Source: a bacterium UBP16_UBA6123
GTDB lineage: Bacteria > Muiribacteriota > UBA9980
Length of the DNA: 64,000 nt
Direction of reading: 5' to 3'
Assembly (NCBI GenBank): GCA_002423385.1
Contig: DIVV01000135.1
Coordinates: 8,019-72,018, forward strand
Shown: positions 1-9,347 of the stretch, piece by piece
Layout: every line of letters starts with the position of its first letter
How positions within the stretch are numbered: position 1 is the stretch's first letter
Translations under genes and position numbers: made by a program
Notes under the pieces: model-generated
Seen by the model: only the letters and a program-made list of their open reading frames with translations
What the model was told of the DNA's origin: nothing
Database searches by the model: none

Positions 1-740
1 CATGTATGCATCCGATTTCGCTTTCGACGATTCTCGGTCCTGGCGGCCTTTCAGGCAAAGGATTTTCTATCGACCATAATCTTAAGAAGCCCTGGGCGGA
101 CGCTAATGAAATCACTTTTCAGCTCCAGCGCGCCGATAACCCTTATTTATTTTCGGGAACGAATTCCGGGCATATTCCTTCCGCGTTGCTTCACGTTAAA
201 AATTACTACGATTTGAGCCGCGATAAATATTTCGAGCTGGGTTTAACCGCTATGATAGGGCCTAACAGTCGTTTTGGCGTAAACAATCCCGCCGGCGAGG
301 CTTTCGACGAAGCCAAACGCTATACTAAGCTCGCGGGGCTCGATCTAACTTATTTTTATGAGCCGGTCAATATGGCTAAATATAAAAACTTCCTCTGGCG
401 AACCGAGTTGTTTCATGTTAATAAAGAAATAACTAACGCCTTAAGCGGAAAGAATGAAAATATAAATACATTCGGCGGTTATACCTATATCCAGCGTAAA
501 ACTTCCGAGCAGTGGGAGCACGGCTTAAAATTCGATTATACGCATCCGTTTCAGGTCGATAATAAGCGCTTCAGAACTTATGCGATATCGCCCTACGTTA
601 ATTTCTGGCAGAGTCCATGGGTGAGAACGCGCTTTCAGTACGATTATATAAACAGTAATTTCGCGCCGCAAAAGGTCGAGCACCGCGCTAATCTTCAGCT
701 CACCTGGTCGTTCGGACCGCATAAGCACGAAAAATATTGA
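1..740 (+). CDS. Outer-membrane beta-barrel-like protein, C-terminal part (5' end lies outside window)
   Basis: Open frame runs from window edge to TAA at 738-740; repeated alternating aromatic/hydrophobic stretches (TYFYEPVN, GGYTYIQRK, YAISPYVNFWQS, RFQYDYINSNF, LQLTWSF) typical of amphipathic beta-strands; ends in aromatic residue. Confidence 0.35.
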   Translation, partial: CMHPISLSTILGPGGLSGKGFSIDHNLKKPWADANEITFQLQRADNPYLFSGTNSGHIPSALLHVKNYYDLSRDKYFELGLTAMIGPNSRFGVNNPAGEAFDEAKRYTKLAGLDLTYFYEPVNMAKYKNFLWRTELFHVNKEITNALSGKNENINTFGGYTYIQRKTSEQWEHGLKFDYTHPFQVDNKRFRTYAISPYVNFWQSPWVRTRFQYDYINSNFAPQKVEHRANLQLTWSFGPHKHEKY

Positions 741-840
741 TTTGCGGCCGAAAATTTCCATGAAAGGAAATTTAAGTTAACTCGAAGGCGTTTATACGCC
801 AGCAAAAAAATAATCGTATTGAAAAAGGAGAAAAGTATAT

Positions 841-1908
841 ATGAAAAAAATAATATTTTTAGCCGTGGCGATTTTTATAATTTCGCTTTCCGTCGTTATA
901 AATGTGTTTTCGGCCGTAGCCATAGCCGCGGCTGAAGTTAAAGATAAAATCAACGTGGTAACAACTCTTACCGATTACGCATATTTTGTCCGTGAAATAG
1001 GAAAGGAAAAAGTGGAGGTCGTAAATATATGTCAGGGCGATGAAAACGCTCACTTTGTAAGGCCCAAGCCGAGTTTTGTCAAATTGTGCCAGCGCGCCGA
1101 TCTTTTTATAGGCACTGGCCTGGATTTAGAATTATGGGTGCCCGGCCTTCTTGAAAAATCGGCCAATAAGAATATACAGAGCGGCCAGATCGGTTATGTA
1201 GCGGCCGCCGACGGCATCAAAATGCTTGAAATTCCTGAAGTATTAAGCCGTAGCGAAGGCGGGTTGCATGTTTACGGCAATCCGCATATCACGGTCGGGC
1301 CTTTGAACGCCTTTCAGATAGCCGATAATATACTGATAGGTTTAAGAAAAGTATCGCCGGAAAATACCGCTTATTTTGAAAAAAATCACGCGGATTTAAA
1401 AGACCGGTTGGTAAAAGCGCTCTATGGCGAGCAGCTTCCCGCGTTAGTAGGCGCCGAAGAGCTTATCGAAATGACACGCAATAATACGCTGATTAAATTT
1501 TTGAATGATAATAAATTAAAAGGCGAGCCGCTTATAGCTAAACTTGGCGGCTGGCTTAAAAAAGCGATGCCGCTGCGAGGCATTAAAATCATTAATTATC
1601 ACCGCAGTTGGATATATTTTAATTTCGTTTTCGGTATCGAGGCGGCTTCGGAAATCGAGCCGAAACCCGGAATTCCGCCTACGCCGAAGCATATTCTTGA
1701 AGTAATGGATATCATAAAAAAAGAAAATATTAAAATTATATTTTCCGAAAATTTTTATGATATAAAAAAAGTTATGCACGTGGCCGAAAAAACAGGCGCC
1801 AAACCCGTTATTATAGCAAATTATGTTGACGGCGAACCGGGCGTGGATACTTATTTTAAATTGATAGATTCATGGCTCGATAAAATGTTGTCCGCCCTTT
1901 CAAAATAA
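841..1908 (+). CDS. Metal (Zn/Mn) ABC transporter substrate-binding protein, ZnuA/TroA family
   Basis: N-terminal signal peptide; ~355 aa; conserved metal-site region HVYGNPHITVGP and overall TroA-like pattern; AGGAG RBS upstream. Confidence 0.7.
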   Translation: MKKIIFLAVAIFIISLSVVINVFSAVAIAAAEVKDKINVVTTLTDYAYFVREIGKEKVEVVNICQGDENAHFVRPKPSFVKLCQRADLFIGTGLDLELWVPGLLEKSANKNIQSGQIGYVAAADGIKMLEIPEVLSRSEGGLHVYGNPHITVGPLNAFQIADNILIGLRKVSPENTAYFEKNHADLKDRLVKALYGEQLPALVGAEELIEMTRNNTLIKFLNDNKLKGEPLIAKLGGWLKKAMPLRGIKIINYHRSWIYFNFVFGIEAASEIEPKPGIPPTPKHILEVMDIIKKENIKIIFSENFYDIKKVMHVAEKTGAKPVIIANYVDGEPGVDTYFKLIDSWLDKMLSALSK

Positions 1909-2035
1909 GCGCTCGAGTCAGTATTAAGCGGAGCGATAAACGTAAAATGCCGACGGCGGCAAATACTTGACTAAAAAATAAATTGTTATTTAAGTATTTT
2001 TTATAATCGCTTCGTTTAATAGGCGCTCGAGCTAA

Positions 2036-2947
2036 ATGAAATTTAAGATATGGAAAATAGAAAGTGATTGGTTATATATGAATGAAATAATAGCTTTGAT
2101 GCTCGCCCCTTTTTGTGAATGTCTGGTGCTTGTCGGCATACATTCATACCTCGGGCTCCACGTTATAAGGCGCGGAATAATATTTGTAGATCTGGCTTTC
2201 GCGCAGATAGCGGCGCTCGGATTGACCGTAGGTTTTCTTTTCGGAATCATGCCGGATTCTATCGGCGCCTACTGGATATCTCTTTCGTTCACTCTTATAG
2301 GCGCGTTTTTATTTTCGCTTTTCCGTTCGGTTGAATCGAAAATACCGCAGGAGGCCATAATAGGCTTAGTTTACGCCATAGCGGCAAGCGCGATGATAAT
2401 AGTCATCGACAGGGCGCCTCACGGCGCGGAACACATAAAAGAAGTTATGACCGGCGATCTTTTATTCGTTAAATGGGACTTCGTTATAAGCGCGGCCGTG
2501 GTATATTCTATAATTGGAATATTTCATTATATCTTCAGGGATAAATTCGTTACGCTTACCGAAAACCATTCTAAGGCGGGTCAATCTACGCTATGGGATT
2601 TTTTATTTTACGCTTCGTTCGGCGTTATCATAACTCATTCGGTCAGAACGGCGGGCGTATTGCTCGTATTCGTTTTTCTTGTCGCCCCCGCGATATTTAC
2701 AAAACTTTTCTGGACGGGCTGGCGCGATCAGCTTATAGCCGGATGGCTTACGGGAACCCTCGTTTCGGCCGGAGGCCTTTTCACTTCTTATTATCTTGAT
2801 ATGCCTTGCGGGCCTGCCGTAATTTTATTTTACGGCGCGGCGCTTCTTATGGCGGCGGCTTTTTACAGGTATAAATTTTTTATTCCGGTTAATTCGATAC
2901 TGGATCAAATACAGGGACCAACTATAAAATCAAAGGAGATTAATTAA
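2036..2947 (+). CDS. ABC-3 family metal transporter permease (ZnuB/TroC-like)
   Basis: Polytopic membrane protein ~300 aa immediately downstream of ZnuA-like gene; sequence pattern of ABC-3 permeases; alternative start at 2078 (MNEII). Confidence 0.65.
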   Translation: MKFKIWKIESDWLYMNEIIALMLAPFCECLVLVGIHSYLGLHVIRRGIIFVDLAFAQIAALGLTVGFLFGIMPDSIGAYWISLSFTLIGAFLFSLFRSVESKIPQEAIIGLVYAIAASAMIIVIDRAPHGAEHIKEVMTGDLLFVKWDFVISAAVVYSIIGIFHYIFRDKFVTLTENHSKAGQSTLWDFLFYASFGVIITHSVRTAGVLLVFVFLVAPAIFTKLFWTGWRDQLIAGWLTGTLVSAGGLFTSYYLDMPCGPAVILFYGAALLMAAAFYRYKFFIPVNSILDQIQGPTIKSKEIN

Positions 2948-2948
2948 A

Positions 2949-4139
2949 ATGAGCAAGTCAAAAGCATGCGGAAAGTACACAAAGGCTATTCACGCCGGAC
3001 AAACCATAGACCCTTTATACGGCGCGGTATCGGTGCCTATATACCAGACTTCGACCTTCGCTTTTTTATCGGCCGAAGACGGCGCCGCTAAATTCGCTGG
3101 CGAAGTTAAAGGTTATAAATATACCCGGCTGGGCAATCCTACGGTAAAGGCCCTCGAAGATTCGGTCGCCGAGCTCGAAAACGGCTATGGCGGCCTTGCC
3201 ACCTCATCCGGCATGTCGGCTATATCGACGGTTTATATGACTTTTTTATCGGCCGGCGCGCATATCGTTTCGACCGGTTCGGTTTATGGCCCTTCGCGCC
3301 TCGTCATCGAAAAGCAGTTTTCGCGTTTTAACGTCGAATATAGTTATATCGATACTTCCGATGCCGCTAATATCGAAAAAAGCATAAAACCGAATACTAA
3401 AATGCTTTATATCGAAACTCCGGCCAATCCGACTCTTTCTATAACCGATTTAAAGGCGTGCGCTAAGATCGCACAGAAGCACGGTATCGTTTTAGTCGTC
3501 GATAATACCTTTATGGGCCCATGCTTTCAAAGGCCGATAGAATACGGCGCCGACGTAGTGGTTCATTCGCTTACTAAATCGCTTAACGGTCATTCAGACG
3601 TCGTAGCGGGAATGATAGTCACTAAAAACGCCGAACTGTACAAGCAGATACAGGCCGTTCATTACCAGATGGGCGGAACTATAGACCCGAATCAGGCATG
3701 GCTCGTTTTACGCGGCATTAAAACCCTTCCGCTGCGAGTCGAAAAAAGCGCGCACAACGCCATGCAGCTCGCCGAATTTTTACAAAAACATCCGGCCGTT
3801 ACCAGCGTTACATATCCCGGGCTTAAAACCCACGCGCAGCATGAACTCGCATGCAGCCAGATGAGCGGTTTCGGTTCGATGATAACATTCGAAGTAAAAG
3901 GCGGCCTCAAAGCCGGAAAGACCGTTATGAACGGCGTTAAATTAGCCGCTCTCGCGGTTTCTCTCGGCGGCATCGAAAGCCTCATACAGCATCCGGCTTC
4001 GATGACTCACGCCGGCGTATCTAAAAAAGACCGTGAAGAAGCCGGAATTACGGACGGGCTTGTAAGATATTCGGTCGGCTGCGAAGATGTCGAAGATATA
4101 ATAGCGGACCTCGCGCAGGTGCTCGATAAAATAAAGTAA
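2949..4139 (+). CDS. Cys/Met-metabolism PLP-dependent enzyme (cystathionine gamma-synthase / methionine gamma-lyase / O-acetylhomoserine sulfhydrylase family)
   Basis: 396 aa; N-terminal YTRLGNPT and PLP-lysine region SLTKSLNGHSDVVAGM characteristic of the family; AGGAG RBS at 2930. Confidence 0.75.
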   Translation: MSKSKACGKYTKAIHAGQTIDPLYGAVSVPIYQTSTFAFLSAEDGAAKFAGEVKGYKYTRLGNPTVKALEDSVAELENGYGGLATSSGMSAISTVYMTFLSAGAHIVSTGSVYGPSRLVIEKQFSRFNVEYSYIDTSDAANIEKSIKPNTKMLYIETPANPTLSITDLKACAKIAQKHGIVLVVDNTFMGPCFQRPIEYGADVVVHSLTKSLNGHSDVVAGMIVTKNAELYKQIQAVHYQMGGTIDPNQAWLVLRGIKTLPLRVEKSAHNAMQLAEFLQKHPAVTSVTYPGLKTHAQHELACSQMSGFGSMITFEVKGGLKAGKTVMNGVKLAALAVSLGGIESLIQHPASMTHAGVSKKDREEAGITDGLVRYSVGCEDVEDIIADLAQVLDKIK

Positions 4140-4198
4140 AGTAAAGTAAAATGAAATAAAGTATAACAGTCAGTTAAAATATAATCAGGAGGTGTATT

Positions 4199-5179
4199 AT
4201 GGATGTTGAAGGCATTTTAGGGCGGGAGAAGGTAAACGATAACTTGATAGTATTCGGCCCGGTCCCTTCCAGGCGGCTCGGAAGAAGCCTCGGCGTGAAT
4301 AATATACCTCCTAAAATATGTTCATATTCGTGCGTTTATTGTCAGCTCGGGCGCACCGTTAAATTCATGTCGGCGCCTGAAAAGTTCTATGGTCCCGATC
4401 TAATTTATGCTCGGGTGAAAGAAAAAACCGATAAAATAATTAAACTCGATGAGAAACTCGATTATATCACTTTCGTGCCGGACGGCGAACCCACTTTAGA
4501 CGCGGACCTTTCGGATGAAATTGAAAAAATTAAAACGCTCGGTTTTAAAACGGCGGTAATTACTAACTCATCGTTAATTTGCGATGCGTCGGTAGCGAAA
4601 GCGCTTTCTAAAGCGGATCTTGTATGTTTTAAAGCCGACGCCGTTTATAAAGATATATGGATCAAAATAAACCGCCCGGCTAAAAATATCAAGCTGGAAG
4701 CTGTTTTAGAGGCAATAATCGAATTTTCGGCGTCTTATAAGGGCGTTTTGATTACCGATACGATGCTCGTAGAAGGCATTAACGACGGCGCTAAGCATTT
4801 AGAAGCCGTGGCGGATTATCTTGCCGGAGTAAAAGCCTCTAAAAATTATATTTCGGTCATTACCCGTCCCCCGGCTGAAATGCGCGTCAAAAAGCCCTGT
4901 GAAGAAAATCTTAACTGGGCTTATCAGCTTATAAACGCCGCGACGGGAAGAGCGGAGTATAATATTAATTTCGAAGGCGCTGATTTTTGTTATATGGGAG
5001 AGGCCGAAAAAGATTTTTTGAGCATAATTTCAGTGCATCCGATGCGCAGCGACGCGGTTAAAGAGTTTTTAGAGCGCGCCGGATTGGATTGGGCTTTTAT
5101 ACAGGAGCTTAAAACGCGCGGTAAAATAGTTGAAACGCTTTATGACGGAATGGATTTTTATACCAGAAAAATATCGTAA
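4199..5179 (+). CDS. Radical SAM protein
   Basis: CxxxCxxC motif CSYSCVYC preceded by GPVPSRRLGRSLGVN; 326 aa; GGAGG RBS. Confidence 0.7.
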   Translation: MDVEGILGREKVNDNLIVFGPVPSRRLGRSLGVNNIPPKICSYSCVYCQLGRTVKFMSAPEKFYGPDLIYARVKEKTDKIIKLDEKLDYITFVPDGEPTLDADLSDEIEKIKTLGFKTAVITNSSLICDASVAKALSKADLVCFKADAVYKDIWIKINRPAKNIKLEAVLEAIIEFSASYKGVLITDTMLVEGINDGAKHLEAVADYLAGVKASKNYISVITRPPAEMRVKKPCEENLNWAYQLINAATGRAEYNINFEGADFCYMGEAEKDFLSIISVHPMRSDAVKEFLERAGLDWAFIQELKTRGKIVETLYDGMDFYTRKIS

Positions 5180-5283
5180 ACACCCGTATAAATTTTTATA
5201 ATGTTATTTGTAACCGCTTAGTTATATAAATTTATTCAACAATTACAAAAAGCGGAGCGAATGAAATTAAAGTGGGGAAATAA

Positions 5284-6153
5284 ATGCGTACCTATTTAGA
5301 TTGTATTCCATGTTTTTTGCGCCAGGCGCTCGAAGCGTTGCGCGAAAACATTACCGATGAAGATAAAATGCTTTCAGCCATGAGAAAAGTATTAGTTTAT
5401 GCGTCAAAATTCGACGTGCGTAAAAGTCCGCCTGAAATGGGAATGCTTATTCATCGCATCGTTCGCGAAGAATCGGGCTGCTGCGATCCTTACGCCGAAA
5501 TAAAAAAGCGCTCGATAGCCGAATCGCTTAAGGTTATCGATAAGGTTCGCGATACTATTAATTCCTCCGATGATCCGTTAAAAACGGCCGCGCGGTTTTC
5601 CATCGCTGGCAATATCCTCGATTACGCGGTCGTTTCGATGCAGGCTGAATTCAGGCTTTTCGATTCGCTCAAAAAAGCCGTCGATAAGCCTTTGAACGAT
5701 GATATATTCGAATCGCTTCGCGCGCGGCTCGATAAAGCCTCATCTGTATTACTTATCGGCGATAACGCCGGCGAGACGGTATTTGACCGGCTTTTAATAG
5801 AACAGCTTCGCGCGCCGAAAATATATTATGGCGTAAAGGGCTCGCCGGTTATAAATGACGCTGTTTATTCAGACGCGATTGCCTCCGGCCTCGATGAAGT
5901 ATCCGAAATTATCGAAAACGGATCAGACGCGCCCGGAACCATACTGCGGCTTTGTTCCGCCGAATTTAAAAAGGTTTTTCGTAAGTGCGGCGTTGTAATA
6001 GCTAAAGGCCAGGCAAATTTTGAAACTCTCAATAACGCCTCGCGTGAAGTTTTTTTTATGTTGCAGATAAAATGTCCCGTTATAGCCCGAAATTATAACT
6101 ATAAAGTTGGCGATTGGGTCGTAACGACCGCGGAGAGCGGAAAACGAATATAA
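5284..6153 (+). CDS. DUF89 / ARMT1-like (damage-control phosphatase family) protein, tentative
   Basis: 289 aa; N-terminal CIPCFLRQ and internal GDNAGE resemble what I recall of short prokaryotic DUF89 proteins; not verified. Confidence 0.4.
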   Translation: MRTYLDCIPCFLRQALEALRENITDEDKMLSAMRKVLVYASKFDVRKSPPEMGMLIHRIVREESGCCDPYAEIKKRSIAESLKVIDKVRDTINSSDDPLKTAARFSIAGNILDYAVVSMQAEFRLFDSLKKAVDKPLNDDIFESLRARLDKASSVLLIGDNAGETVFDRLLIEQLRAPKIYYGVKGSPVINDAVYSDAIASGLDEVSEIIENGSDAPGTILRLCSAEFKKVFRKCGVVIAKGQANFETLNNASREVFFMLQIKCPVIARNYNYKVGDWVVTTAESGKRI

Positions 6154-6167
6154 AAGAGGAGAAGTAA

Positions 6168-6893
6168 ATGATTATTAAAAAAATTATCGAAAAATTGTCG
6201 CATTTTGGAAACGTAAAAATTATAAGATTGGTTATAGGCCTCGGTTATACGGTAGCGCATACCGAAACAGGCCTTGGGCTTTCATATACCATGATCTCGC
6301 GCAAGGATTCCTGCACGGTAAATCCGACTGCCGGCTCTTTTGCGGGTAGAACGATAAAGGAAGCGCTTGAAATTATCAATCGCGACCCGGATAATATTAA
6401 CAACAGGACTATATTGATAGCTTTATTCAATTCGACCGTAGATTTTGATAAAATAACCAATTCGGGCGGCGACGCGGTCGGTATAATGGATATTAAACCT
6501 GGCGACGAAGTGTTTATGATAGGCTATTTTGAACCGCTCATCGCATCGATTAAGAGCCGCTGCAAGCATTTAACTATAATAGAAGAAAGGCATGGACTGA
6601 CTACCGGCGAATTTAAAGAAGAAGACTGGAAGTCTGAGGTAAATATCATCACTTCGACTTCGCTCATAAATTCTTCGTTCGAAGATATCGCGCGCAAGTG
6701 TAAAAAATCTCGAATTAATTGTCTGATGGGGCCTTCGACTATTCTGGAACCCGAATTTTTTAAAGAATATAATATGAGCTATCTTGCAGGCCTGAAGCCG
6801 CTTAACTATGATAGGATTATTGAAATAGTGTCTGAAGGCGGCGGAACGAAATTATTTAATAAATATTGTGAAAAAATAGTAGTTAAATGTTAA
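6168..6893 (+). CDS. DUF4213/DUF364 (Rossmann-like, putative metal-chelation) protein
   Basis: 241 aa; C-terminal half matches DUF364 pattern (VFMIGYF...ITSTSLIN...CLMGPST); paralog of next gene. Confidence 0.5.
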   Translation: MIIKKIIEKLSHFGNVKIIRLVIGLGYTVAHTETGLGLSYTMISRKDSCTVNPTAGSFAGRTIKEALEIINRDPDNINNRTILIALFNSTVDFDKITNSGGDAVGIMDIKPGDEVFMIGYFEPLIASIKSRCKHLTIIEERHGLTTGEFKEEDWKSEVNIITSTSLINSSFEDIARKCKKSRINCLMGPSTILEPEFFKEYNMSYLAGLKPLNYDRIIEIVSEGGGTKLFNKYCEKIVVKC

Positions 6894-6916
6894 AATAAGA
6901 TTATCAGGGAGGCTTT

Positions 6917-7783
6917 ATGCAAAATGCCGAAAAAATTGGCAAAAAAATGAAAACAGTCCAGCCGGAAGGGCAGTACGGGGTTATGAACAACGATAAAATG
7001 GATAAGTTTTTAAATGAACTGCGCGGCGAGGCGGCGAAAAAAGCGGGTGAAACTTTTCTTACGAATGCATGCGTGGGAGTTTATATGACCTGCGTTGAAA
7101 ACTCGGCTGGCAAGATGGGAGTAAGCTATACCTGGCGCGATGAAAATTTAGTGCCGCATCTATGCAGGGGAATAAATGACGCGGGAAGCCTTCATGGTAA
7201 AAAAATGAGCGATATAATAGAACTTATAAATTCGCCGTCGTCTTTAGAGCGTTCTTTAGCTATGGCGGGGGTTAATTCGCTGCTTAATATCTCCATGGAG
7301 CTCGAAGCGCAGCAAGGCGACATGCTTTTATATCTGCGCGATAAATATAAAGGTGAAAAAGTGGCTATGATAGGCCATTTTCCCTTCGCGGACGAAATGA
7401 AAAAATGGGCTGGCGAATTTCATGTAATAGAAAAAAATCCCGTAGGCGACGATCTTACATTCGATCGCGGCCGTAAATTTTTAAACGAGGCGGCCGCCGT
7501 AGTAATAACCGGGACAACTATATTAAATAAAAGTTTTATAGAGGTTATAAGCGAATGTAAAAATTCGTTCAACGTGATGCTCGGCCCTACCGTTCCGCCT
7601 TCGGAACTGCTTTTTGATTACGGTGTAAGCGCCATAGTGGCTATTCGCTCGCTCGATAACGCCCGGCTTTATTCTTCGATAGCCGAAGGCGCCATTGTGC
7701 CTCGTTTTAAGGGCAGCGAAATGGTGACCTACTGCCGGGAAAAATTAAATTTGCCGCAGGGCGATTTCAGAAATAGAATTTAA
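6917..7783 (+). CDS. DUF4213/DUF364 protein, second tandem paralog
   Basis: 288 aa; VAMIGHFPF...VVITGTTILNKSF...MLGPTVP matches DUF364 pattern; clear similarity to 6168-6893. Confidence 0.5.
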   Translation: MQNAEKIGKKMKTVQPEGQYGVMNNDKMDKFLNELRGEAAKKAGETFLTNACVGVYMTCVENSAGKMGVSYTWRDENLVPHLCRGINDAGSLHGKKMSDIIELINSPSSLERSLAMAGVNSLLNISMELEAQQGDMLLYLRDKYKGEKVAMIGHFPFADEMKKWAGEFHVIEKNPVGDDLTFDRGRKFLNEAAAVVITGTTILNKSFIEVISECKNSFNVMLGPTVPPSELLFDYGVSAIVAIRSLDNARLYSSIAEGAIVPRFKGSEMVTYCREKLNLPQGDFRNRI

Positions 7784-7815
7784 AGATGACGATATTGTAA
7801 AAAGTGAGGAATTAA

Positions 7816-8529
7816 ATGTTTATAGAAACGCTTTTCGATAAAACCGCGGTTGATGAAAAACTGCATACCGGCTGGGGGCTTTCATTTTTGATTGATAACC
7901 GTTTCATCTTCGATACGGGAGAAAAAGGGCCCTGGCTTATGGAAAATATGGATAAGCTGAAAGTTCCGATGGAAAACATCGAGGCTATAATAATTTCTCA
8001 CGATCACTGGGACCATTGGGGCGGCCTCTGGGATTTATTAAAAAATGGCAGGTGCCGTAGGGTTTATATATGCCCCCGCTTCGGCGATAAATTCAAAAAA
8101 AAGGCTAAAAAGCATAACGCCGAATTAATCGAATCGCCGGATTTTATCGAAATTTATAAAAATATTTATATCACCGGCCAGATCGACGGCTTATATGACG
8201 GAACTTATATAGCTGAACAGGCCCTGGCTATAAGGACGCAAAACGGTATAAGCATAATAACCGGCTGCGCTCATCCGGGCATAGTTAAAATTATCGAAAA
8301 AGTAAAAAGTAAATTCATGGGTGAAAGTATTTATACGCTGATAGGCGGTTTTCATTTAATGCACGAGGATGAAACGGCAATAAAAGCCGTGGTAAATAAA
8401 TTCAGAGAAATCGGCGTTAAAAAAGTATATTCCACCCATTGCAGCGGGGATAAAGCGGCGTCAATTTTTTTGAAAAATTACTCTCAGGATTGCGGTGAAG
8501 TAATCGTAGGGCGAAGCATTGAAATATAA
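7816..8529 (+). CDS. MBL-fold metallo-hydrolase
   Basis: HxHxDH-type motif ISHDHWDHWGG, GWGLSFLID N-terminus, later His/Asp ligands; 237 aa. Confidence 0.6.
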   Translation: MFIETLFDKTAVDEKLHTGWGLSFLIDNRFIFDTGEKGPWLMENMDKLKVPMENIEAIIISHDHWDHWGGLWDLLKNGRCRRVYICPRFGDKFKKKAKKHNAELIESPDFIEIYKNIYITGQIDGLYDGTYIAEQALAIRTQNGISIITGCAHPGIVKIIEKVKSKFMGESIYTLIGGFHLMHEDETAIKAVVNKFREIGVKKVYSTHCSGDKAASIFLKNYSQDCGEVIVGRSIEI

Positions 8530-8614
8530 AACGATGTTTAACCTGGATTTAAAACTTTATAGTTTTTTGAAACCGTAAATATTTATCGGCGTAGGGCCTT
8601 AAGGGAGTTTTATT

Positions 8615-9277
8615 ATGCTGAAACAGATTTTAGACGAGCTGCGCGCTCATGCGCCTTATACTTTTTTTGGAGTGATAACGGGCATTATAATAATGCTTTT
8701 ATGCCATCGGCTACCTTTCGAATTATCTTATCGTATTTTTTATGTAATTCATCCGCTGCATGTTTTTTTAAGCGCCTTAGTCACCGCGGCGATGTATGAA
8801 CTTCACGAATGCCCGAAAGTTAATTCTAAATGCGTCAAGGGCCGCTGTAATTTATGGAAATTACTTATCATCGGTTATCTCGGTTCAATAGGAATAGCCA
8901 CTATAAGCGATTCCATTATACCGTATTTTTTTGAAATTTTATTGAATATGCCTAATAAGGGCATCCATCTCGGTTTTATTGAAAAATGGTGGCTCGTGAA
9001 TCCCCTTGCGGTTCTTGGCATTATTTTTGCTCATTATAAACCGGCTACTAAATTTCCGCACGCGGGCCATGTACTTTTGAGCACCTGGGCGTCGCTGTTT
9101 CATATTTTAATGGCTTCAACCGGCAATTTAGATTGGATTTCGTATTTGGTAATTATGTTCTGTCTGTTTATTGCGGTCTGGCTTCCGTGCTGCGTGAGCG
9201 ATATAGCTTTTCCTTTGTTATTCGTTAAAAAGAAAGAAGCGGCCGGCGATGAGGGAGCTAACGGCGATAATTTATAA
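8615..9277 (+). CDS. Hypothetical polytopic membrane protein
   Basis: Several hydrophobic segments; GGGAG RBS; no family recognised. Confidence 0.35.
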   Translation: MLKQILDELRAHAPYTFFGVITGIIIMLLCHRLPFELSYRIFYVIHPLHVFLSALVTAAMYELHECPKVNSKCVKGRCNLWKLLIIGYLGSIGIATISDSIIPYFFEILLNMPNKGIHLGFIEKWWLVNPLAVLGIIFAHYKPATKFPHAGHVLLSTWASLFHILMASTGNLDWISYLVIMFCLFIAVWLPCCVSDIAFPLLFVKKKEAAGDEGANGDNL

Positions 9278-9347
9278 AAGATATGCGGCGGCATAATTAA
9301 AATGTTGTTAAATAGTAAAATAAGTTAAAAAATAAAAGGAGAATATT

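Noticed and set aside
1909-2035. 9-bp direct repeat gcgctcgag at 1909-1917 and 2023-2031 flanking the ZnuA-ZnuB spacer
   Set aside because: Short, contains an XhoI-like palindrome, and could arise by chance. No associated mobile-element features.
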